The notes under the pieces were generated by a model. That model was given only the letters and a program-made list of their open reading frames with translations. It ran no database searches and was not told the origin of the DNA. The translations under genes and the position numbers were made by a program. Of a stretch of 64,000 bases of DNA, positions 57,405 through 64,000 are shown in pieces; within the stretch, counting starts at the first letter, position 1, and each line of letters opens with the position of its first letter. Source of the stretch: Jiangella alba (lineage in GTDB: Bacteria; Actinomycetota; Actinomycetes; Jiangellales; Jiangellaceae); NCBI RefSeq assembly GCF_900106035.1, contig NZ_FNUC01000004.1, positions 3,135,722 through 3,199,721 of the forward strand. The letters run 5' to 3'.

Positions 57405-58113
57405 GCGCGTCGTCGTAGGCGGCGATGTTCACCGGCGCGGCCTCCCAGGAGGCGACCCAGAGATCCTGGGCGGCGGCCGCGGTCATCTCGCCGTCGGCGT
57501 GCGCGGCCATCGCGTTGAGGTGGTTGGCCCAGTCCTGCAGCCCGGCGGTCGAGGCGGCGACGGCCGTCGTCATCACGGTCTCGCGTTCCAGGCAGGCGGC
57601 GGCCTGGTCGGCGACCTCGGGCAGCGCGCCCTCCAGCGAGCCGAGATCGCCGCAGCCGGGCAGCGCGTCGTACGCCTCGAGGGCGGCCGTCGCCTGGGCG
57701 ACGTCGTCGGGGCCGGAGAGGCGGGTGCGCTTCCAGATGGCGCGCATCTCCTCCTGGGCGACGGTGCCGGCGAGCATGTCCGTCCGCGCCTGCACGTGCT
57801 CGCCCCAGTGCCCGATGCCGACGCCCGCGCTCTCGACGTAGGCCTCGCCGGCGGCCATGCGCTCGACGCACGCCCTGACGGCGTCGCGGCCGATCTGGGC
57901 GACCTCGAACGAGCCGGGCGTCTCGCCGCGCGACGCCTCGCCGGCCGCGTCGGTCCGGGAACCATCGGCCGCCCCGGCGGAGTCATTGCCGCTGTCGCCG
58001 CCGGTGAGCGCATTCACGCCGGCCCAGCCGAGCAGTGGCAGGCCGATCACGAGCAGAGCCGCGATGACGAGCCCGGCCGTTCCGCGACGTTCGCGCTTTC
58101 GTTGCCTCGGCAC

Positions 58114-58399
58114 AAGTGCCCCCCTTCAATCCCCGGGCATTTTTCCATATCAACGTGATCAAATACATAGTCAGTCTTATCGACGGAGAATACGGACATA
58201 TCGATCTTGTGAGCTGGGGATTCTCTGGTCGAGCCGGGTCGGTGCCAGAGGTTTTCCCGCCCGCCCGGGGTCTGCAAGCCCCATTGCCGCAATTCGTGAA
58301 TGTCGTCGTGACGAATCGTGAAGATGCGGCGAAAGTGGGCGCCGGAATTCACCGGCTGGACACGTCGGCGTCGCCTCGGGGCTGATCCGTGCCGACAGA
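58114..58399. promoter_or_regulatory. Low-GC island (about 50% GC) forming a divergent promoter region, with imperfect inverted repeats (ttcgtgaatgtcgtcgtgacgaa)
   Basis: The composition drops sharply relative to the flanks at about 73% GC. Confidence 0.4.
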
Positions 58400-59557
58400 G
58401 TGACGGCCGTGCGCATCCTTCAGGCCGCCAATTTCGTCGCGCCGCACTCGGGCGGGATCCGGACGATGATGCGGCATCTCGCCGACGGGTACGCCGCCGC
58501 CGGGCACGAGGTCGTGGCGGTGGTGCCGGGGGAGCGCAACGCGACGCGCGCCACGTCGTACGGACGCGTCATCGAGATCGCCGCGCCGACCATCCCGGCC
58601 ACCGGCGGCTACCGGATGATCACCCGGTGGCGCATCGTCGAGGACCTGCTCGCCGTCATCGCGCCGGACCGCGTCGAGGTGTCCGACCGCATGACGCTGG
58701 CCCGCATCGGGCCGTGGGCCGCGCGCCGCGACGTGCCGTCGGCGGTGTTCTCGCACGAGCGCCTGGACGCGCTGCTGCAGTTCCACCTCGGCCGGGCGCT
58801 GCCGACCAAACAGCTCGCCGACCGCTGGAACCGCAGGCTGGCGTCGTCGTTCGGCACCGTCGTCTGCACCACCCGGTGGGCCGCCGAGGAGTTCGTCCGG
58901 CTGGGTGTCGGCAACCTCGCGCACGTGCCGCTGGGCATCGACCTGGACACCTTCCACCCGCGACGGCGCGACCCGCGGCTGCGCGCCGAGCTGGCCCGCG
59001 GCGCCGACGTCCTGATCGTCACCGCCGTGCGGCTGTCGCCGGAGAAGCGCCCCGACCTGCTCGTCCCCATGGTCGACGAACTGGTGAGCCGGGGTGCGAA
59101 CGTCCGGATGGTCGTGTGCGGCGACGGCTCGGTCCGCGACATGGTGGCCGAGCAGGCCGAGAGCCGCCCCGTCACGATGGCCGGGTTCGTCGCCGACCGC
59201 TCACACCTGGCCGCGGTGCTGGCCAGCGCCGACGTCGTGGTGGCGCCCGGGCCGTACGAGACGTTCGGGCTGGCCGCGCTGGAGGCGATGGCCAGCGGCA
59301 CCCCGGTGGTCGCCAGCGACCGCGGCGCGCTGCCGGAGATGGTGACCGGCGGGTCCGGGCGGACCGCTCCGTCCGACCCCGCGGCGATGGCGGAGGCGGT
59401 CCTGGACGTGGTCGCGGACGGCCCCGCGGCGAGGCGGGCGGCGCGCCGCCGGGCCCAGGATTTCTCCTGGTCGGATACGGTTGAGGGGATGCTCGCGGTG
59501 CACGGATTGGAAACCCGTGCGCCGCACAGACTGTCGCTGGGAGCTACCAGGTCGTAA
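58400..59557 (+). CDS. GT4-family glycosyltransferase
   Basis: GT-B fold with the C-terminal EX7E-type block (…ETFGLAALEAMASGTPVVASDRGALPEMV…). GTG start. Confidence 0.8.
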   Translation: MTAVRILQAANFVAPHSGGIRTMMRHLADGYAAAGHEVVAVVPGERNATRATSYGRVIEIAAPTIPATGGYRMITRWRIVEDLLAVIAPDRVEVSDRMTLARIGPWAARRDVPSAVFSHERLDALLQFHLGRALPTKQLADRWNRRLASSFGTVVCTTRWAAEEFVRLGVGNLAHVPLGIDLDTFHPRRRDPRLRAELARGADVLIVTAVRLSPEKRPDLLVPMVDELVSRGANVRMVVCGDGSVRDMVAEQAESRPVTMAGFVADRSHLAAVLASADVVVAPGPYETFGLAALEAMASGTPVVASDRGALPEMVTGGSGRTAPSDPAAMAEAVLDVVADGPAARRAARRRAQDFSWSDTVEGMLAVHGLETRAPHRLSLGATRS

Positions 59558-59617
59558 CCTTCCTCCACCTGGCCGTTTCCGGCCGGTCCCGTCAAGGGCG
59601 ATTGGGAGGAATGACGC

Positions 59618-61450
59618 ATGAGCCTCGGCACCACTGACCAGGCAGATCTCGTCGCGGTGCGGCCGGCCTCGGTCGGCAGGATGTTCCTGGATCGGGTCGA
59701 GGCCACCCCGAGCCGCGAGGCCTACCGCTACCCCAGCGGTTCCGGCTGGTCGTCGCTGACCTGGGACGAGACCAAGGACCGCGTCTGGGCGTTCGCCGCC
59801 GGCCTGCTCGACCTCGGCGTCGAGCACGAGCAGCGCGTCGCCATCGCCGCCACCACGCGCATCGAGTGGATCCTCGCCGACCTCGCCATCAACGTCATCG
59901 GCGCCGCCACCACCACCGTCTACCCGACCACCACGCCCGAGGACGTCGCCTACATCCTCAGCGACTCCGACACCCGCGTCGTGTTCGCCGAGAACGCCGA
60001 GCAGGTCGCCAAGGTGCTCGAGCAGCGCGCCGAGCTGCCGCAGCTCACCCGCATCGTGGTCTTCGACGACGACGGCGTCGACTCGCACGACAGCTTCGTC
60101 ATCACCCTGGCCGAGCTCGACGAGCGCGGCCGCGCGCTGCTGGCCGAGCGTCCCGACGCCGTCGACATCGCGCTCGAGGCCGTCGGACCCGAGACGCTGG
60201 CCACCCTCATCTACACTTCCGGTACCACCGGGCGGCCCAAGGGCGTCCGGCTGGTCAACGACAACTGGGTGTACGAGGGCGTCGCGGTCGACGCCCACAA
60301 GATCCTCTCCGTCGACGACGTCCAGTACCTCTGGCTGCCGCTGTCGCACTCGTTCGGCAAGACGCTCGAGGCCATCCAGCTGCGCATCGGCTTCGCCACC
60401 GCCGTCGACGGCAACCTCGACAACATCGTCGAGAACCTCGGCGTCGTGAAGCCGACGTTCATGGCCGGCGCGCCGCGCATCTTCGAGAAGGTGCGGTCGC
60501 GGGTCATCACCGGCGTCGACAACGAGGGCGGCCCGAAGGCGAAGATCTTCGCCTGGGCGTTCGGCGTCGGTGCCAAGGTGTCGAAGCTGCGCCAGAACGG
60601 CCAAGAGCCCACCGGGCTGCTGAAGTTCCAGTACGGCCTCGCCGACAAGCTGGTGTTCAGCAAGATCAAGGCCCGGCTGGGCGGCAACATCCGGTTCTTC
60701 GTCAGCGGCGCGGCCGCGCTCTCCCGCGACGTCGCCGAGTGGTTCCACGCGGCCGGCATGCTCATCCTCGAGGGCTACGGCCTCACCGAGACCAGCGCCG
60801 CTTGCTTCGTCAACGTGCCCTGGGACTGCCGCTTCGGCACCGTCGGGCCGCCGCTGCCGGGCACCGAGGTGAAGATCGCCGACGACGGCGAGATCCTGGT
60901 CCGCGGCCCGGTCGTCATGCGCGGCTACCACAAGCTGCCCGACGTCACCGCCGAGGTGCTCGACCCCGACGGCTGGTTCCACACCGGCGACATCGGCGAG
61001 CTCGCCGACGGCTACCTGCGGGTCACCGACCGCAAGAAGGACCTCATCAAGACCTCCGGCGGCAAGTACGTCGCGCCGCAGAAGATCGAGATCATCTTCA
61101 AGGCGGTCAGTCCGCACGCCAGCCAGATCGTCGTCCACGGCGACACCCGCAACTACTGCGTCGCGCTCATCACGCTCGACCCCGAGGCCATCGGCGACTG
61201 GGCCGAGCACCACGACCTCGGCGGCCGCTCGTACGAGGAGCTGACCACGGCGCCTGAGGTGCGTGCGCTGATCCAGGGCCAGATCGACGAGCTCAACGCC
61301 CGGCTGGAGCGGTGGGAGACCATCAAGAAGTTCGAGATCCTGCCGGCCGACCTCAGCATCGAGGGCGGCGACATCACGCCCAGCCTCAAGGTGAAGCGCA
61401 AGGCGGTCGAGAAGCGGTACATGGCCGTCCTCGACGGCATGTACGACTGA
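59618..61450 (+). CDS. Long-chain-fatty-acid--CoA ligase (AMP-binding superfamily, FadD-like)
   Basis: AMP-binding motif IYTSGTTGRPKGV and …GYGLTETS… 610 aa. Confidence 0.85.
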   Translation: MSLGTTDQADLVAVRPASVGRMFLDRVEATPSREAYRYPSGSGWSSLTWDETKDRVWAFAAGLLDLGVEHEQRVAIAATTRIEWILADLAINVIGAATTTVYPTTTPEDVAYILSDSDTRVVFAENAEQVAKVLEQRAELPQLTRIVVFDDDGVDSHDSFVITLAELDERGRALLAERPDAVDIALEAVGPETLATLIYTSGTTGRPKGVRLVNDNWVYEGVAVDAHKILSVDDVQYLWLPLSHSFGKTLEAIQLRIGFATAVDGNLDNIVENLGVVKPTFMAGAPRIFEKVRSRVITGVDNEGGPKAKIFAWAFGVGAKVSKLRQNGQEPTGLLKFQYGLADKLVFSKIKARLGGNIRFFVSGAAALSRDVAEWFHAAGMLILEGYGLTETSAACFVNVPWDCRFGTVGPPLPGTEVKIADDGEILVRGPVVMRGYHKLPDVTAEVLDPDGWFHTGDIGELADGYLRVTDRKKDLIKTSGGKYVAPQKIEIIFKAVSPHASQIVVHGDTRNYCVALITLDPEAIGDWAEHHDLGGRSYEELTTAPEVRALIQGQIDELNARLERWETIKKFEILPADLSIEGGDITPSLKVKRKAVEKRYMAVLDGMYD

Positions 61451-61489
61451 CGGTTTCGCCTCCGGGCCGCCGGGCGGGGACAATGGGAC

Positions 61490-62716
61490 GTGCCCTCCAC
61501 CCTGCCCGACGGCTCGCCCGCGCCCGCTGACGGCTCGCTGCCGCCGTCCGCGCTCGACGCCGCCGGCGCCCGGCCGTTCGGCGTGTACCTGCACGTGCCG
61601 TTCTGCACCACGCGCTGCGGCTACTGCGACTTCAACACCTACACGGCCGCGGAGCTGGGCGCCGAGCCCGGCGCGTCCCGGTCGTCGTGGGCCGACGGCG
61701 CCATCGCGGAGCTGCGGCTGGCCCGGCGGGTGCTCGGCGACGCCGACGTGCCGGTGTCGACGGTGTTCGTGGGCGGCGGCACGCCGACGCTGCTGCCGCC
61801 GTCCGACCTCGGCCGTGTGTTGCGGTTCCTCGGCGACGAGTTCGGGCTGGTCCCCGGCGCCGAGGTGACCACGGAGGCCAACCCCGAGTCCGTCGACGCG
61901 CGGTCGCTGGCCGGGCTGCGGGAAGCCGGCTTCACCCGGGTGTCCGTCGGCATGCAGAGCGCCCGGCCGCACGTGCTCGCCGTCCTCGACCGCGTGCACA
62001 CGCCCGGCCGCCCGGCGCAGGCCGTGGCCGAGGCCCGCGCCGCCGGGTTCGAGCACGTCAGTGTCGACCTCATCTACGGCACGCCCGGCGAGACCGTCGA
62101 CGACTGGCGGGCCAGCGTGTCGGCCGCCGTCGAGGCCGGGCCCGACCACGTCAGCGCCTACGCGCTCATCGTCGAGCCGGGCACGCGGCTGGCCGCCCGG
62201 ATGTCGCGGGGCGAGCTGCCGTTCCCCGACGACGACGATCAGGCCGACAAGTACCTGCTGGCCGACTCACTGCTGTCGGCGGCCGGGTTCTCCTGGTACG
62301 AGCTGTCCAACTGGTCGACGTCGGCGGCGGGGCGCTGCCGGCACAACGAGCTGTACTGGACCGGCGCCGACTGGTGGGGCGCCGGCCCGGGCGCGCACAG
62401 CCACGTCGGCGGCACCCGCTGGTGGAACGTCAAGCACCCAGCCGCGTGGGCGGCCCGGCTGGCGGCGGGCGAGAGCCCGGCGCACGCCCGCGAGGTGCTC
62501 GACGCCGAGACGCGGCGGGTCGAGCGGGTGCTGCTGGAGGTCCGGCTGGTCTCCGGCCTCGACCTCTCCGTCCTCGACGACGCCGGCCGGTCGGCCGCGG
62601 CCAAGATCGTCGCCGACGGCCTCGGTGAGCCCGACGCCCTCGCCGCCGGACGCCTCGTCCTCACCCGCCGCGGCCGCCTCCTCGCCGACGCCGTCGTCCG
62701 CGACCTGCTGCCCTGA
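61490..62716 (+). CDS. hemW: Radical-SAM heme chaperone HemW (HemN-like, oxygen-independent coproporphyrinogen-III oxidase family)
   Basis: CxxxCxxC radical-SAM motif (…HVPFCTTRCGYCDFNTY…). GTG start. Confidence 0.85.
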   Translation: MPSTLPDGSPAPADGSLPPSALDAAGARPFGVYLHVPFCTTRCGYCDFNTYTAAELGAEPGASRSSWADGAIAELRLARRVLGDADVPVSTVFVGGGTPTLLPPSDLGRVLRFLGDEFGLVPGAEVTTEANPESVDARSLAGLREAGFTRVSVGMQSARPHVLAVLDRVHTPGRPAQAVAEARAAGFEHVSVDLIYGTPGETVDDWRASVSAAVEAGPDHVSAYALIVEPGTRLAARMSRGELPFPDDDDQADKYLLADSLLSAAGFSWYELSNWSTSAAGRCRHNELYWTGADWWGAGPGAHSHVGGTRWWNVKHPAAWAARLAAGESPAHAREVLDAETRRVERVLLEVRLVSGLDLSVLDDAGRSAAAKIVADGLGEPDALAAGRLVLTRRGRLLADAVVRDLLP

Positions 62717-62812
62717 GTTCGCGGCCGACGTGATGATCGACATCCCGATATCGATCATGGCCACGACGCGGCGGCACCCGGCCCCCACGGCGCCGCCGCT
62801 CAACGGCACTCC

Positions 62813-62977
62813 GTGCTGAGCGAGTTCTGGGGCCGGGCCGCGGCGGGCCGGGCTCGGGCCGATGCGCAGCAGGCCGTCGGCAAGCGCCGCGACAAGGACC
62901 TGGCTCCGTACGCCCGCCTGAAGCTCAAGATCGACAACGACATCAGGATCCTGATGAACGTCAGGGACGGTCTGTAG
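62813..62977 (+). CDS. Candidate small protein (54 aa, GTG start), very tentative
   Basis: The frame stays open with high GC3 from the hemW stop to a TAG at 62975-62977. The C-terminal half (…DLAPYARLKLKIDNDIRILMNVRDGL) looks protein-like. No ATG start is available. Confidence 0.2.
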   Translation: MLSEFWGRAAAGRARADAQQAVGKRRDKDLAPYARLKLKIDNDIRILMNVRDGL

Positions 62978-63797
62978 CGGGGTCGGTCACGAAGTCGATC
63001 AGCTCCTCGACCCGGCCGAGGAGGGCCGGCTCGAGGTCGGTGTAGGTCGTGACCTTGCCGAGGATGTGCGCCCACGCCTCCCACGTCTCGCCGCGCCAGC
63101 CCAGCCGCGTCAGCACGCCCTCCTTCCAGGGCTCGCCCTTGGGCACGTCCGGCCACGCCTTCAGGCCGAGCACGGCCGGGCGGACCGCCTGCCACACGTC
63201 GATGTAGGGGTGGCCGACGATGAGAACGTGGTCGGAGCGGCGAACGGTGTCGGCGAGGCGGGTCTCCTTGCTGCCGGCGACCAGGTGGTCGAGCATGACG
63301 CCGAGGCGCCGGCCGGGGCGGGGCTGGAACTCGGCGACGACGGCGGCGAGGTCGTCGGCGCCGCCCAGCTCCTCGACGACGACGCCCTCGACCCGCAGGT
63401 CGTGGCCCCACACCTTCTCGACCAGCTCGGCGTCGTGCTTGCCCTCGACGTAGATGCGGCTGGCCCGCGCGGTGCGCGCCTTGTGGTCCAGCACGGCGAC
63501 CGAGCCGGACGCGGACACCATGCGGCCGCTCTTCGCCGGCGCCGTGGGGCGGACCAGCTCGACCGGCTTGCCGTCGATCCAGAACCCGGGCCCGAGCGGG
63601 AACGCGCGCCGCTTGCCGTTCCGGTCCTCCAGGATCACGCCGTGCTTGTCGACCTCGACGACGGCGCCGACGTACCCCGTCTGCACGTCCTCGACGACCA
63701 GCCCCGGCACGGCGGCCTCCTGGGTGCTGACCGGGCGCTTCGGGTGCGGCGAGTTCGTGAGGACGTCGCGGCCGTAGCGGTCGTTGTAGGAGCTCAC
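62961..63797 (-). CDS. Conserved actinobacterial hypothetical protein (DUF3097-like)
   Basis: 278 aa with coding-like GC3. The family assignment is from memory and has low confidence. Confidence 0.5.
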   Translation of the reverse strand: MSSYNDRYGRDVLTNSPHPKRPVSTQEAAVPGLVVEDVQTGYVGAVVEVDKHGVILEDRNGKRRAFPLGPGFWIDGKPVELVRPTAPAKSGRMVSASGSVAVLDHKARTARASRIYVEGKHDAELVEKVWGHDLRVEGVVVEELGGADDLAAVVAEFQPRPGRRLGVMLDHLVAGSKETRLADTVRRSDHVLIVGHPYIDVWQAVRPAVLGLKAWPDVPKGEPWKEGVLTRLGWRGETWEAWAHILGKVTTYTDLEPALLGRVEELIDFVTDPATDRP

Positions 63798-63881
63798 GTC
63801 CGGTGACGCTAGCCGCTCGGCGGGCGCGGGCGCGGCAGCGACACGAATCGGACACGGCGGGGAGCCCCGCCAGGAATGGCA

Positions 63882-63910
63882 GGGGCCCCGTCGCCGGACG
63901 ACGGGGCCCC
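63882..63910. terminator. Perfect 12-bp GC hairpin (ggggccccgtcg / cgacggggcccc, loop ccgga) downstream of a partial minus-strand gene
   Basis: Read directly in the sequence. Confidence 0.4.
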
Positions 63911-63937
63911 AGTCTCGTGCGGGCGTGCTGCCCTGGG

Positions 63938-64000
63938 TCAGTGGATCATGACCGGGGCGGCCTCGCCCTCGCCGTCGAGCTCGTCGAAGGCGGCCTGCTC
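63938..64000 (-). CDS. 3' end of a minus-strand gene extending beyond the window (…EQAAFDELDGEGEAAPVMIH*)
   Basis: Open coding-like frame ending at TGA (63938-63940). Confidence 0.3.
   Translation of the reverse strand, partial: EQAAFDELDGEGEAAPVMIH

Noticed and set aside
58047-58385. Two small ORFs (89 aa on +, 101 aa on -) inside the low-GC island
   Set aside because: They have atypical codon usage, no Shine-Dalgarno site and mutual overlap. They are more likely non-coding promoter DNA.

Overview
This is a 64-kb window of a high-GC (about 72-74% GC) Actinomycetota-type chromosome with strong GC3 codon bias. The backbone contains a conserved housekeeping run: comEA, comEC, holA, rpsT, lepA, hemW, a DUF3097-like gene, with leuS and a DegV gene further upstream. 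The 5' part encodes a secreted M14 peptidase and a Pho-regulon-like set of genes, which are a GlpQ-like glycerophosphodiester phosphodiesterase and two tandemly duplicated PhoX-type phosphatases. All three carry PhoP-box-like direct repeats upstream. Next come a MoxR/DUF58/DUF4129 module and a VKOR gene convergent with a TerC gene. A MazF/PemK-like toxin with an RHH antitoxin and an SPFH gene sit between rpsT and lepA. Between lepA and hemW there is a ~21.6-kb co-directional cluster that looks like an accessory insertion. It contains a Dpp-type ABC importer, a LacI regulator, two paralogous FAD-dependent oxidoreductases, a GH3 enzyme, a secreted GH5 with a discoidin/CBM32 module, a secreted tannase/feruloyl-esterase-like hydrolase, an unrecognisable 457-aa protein and a GH2 beta-galactosidase. 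It is followed by membrane proteins, a low-GC promoter island, a GT4 glycosyltransferase and an acyl-CoA ligase. The window is unusually rich in intergenic and in-frame intragenic repeats. These include a dispersed palindromic REP-like element family with at least six copies, one of them inserted in frame into the GH2 gene. There is also an 18-bp tandem array in the promoter region of the phosphodiesterase gene and a tandem duplication of the 3' end of holA. Many long overlapping ORFs in alternative frames are artefacts of stop-codon depletion at this GC content and were ignored. Coordinates of several start codons are approximate, because GTG/ATG choices are ambiguous.
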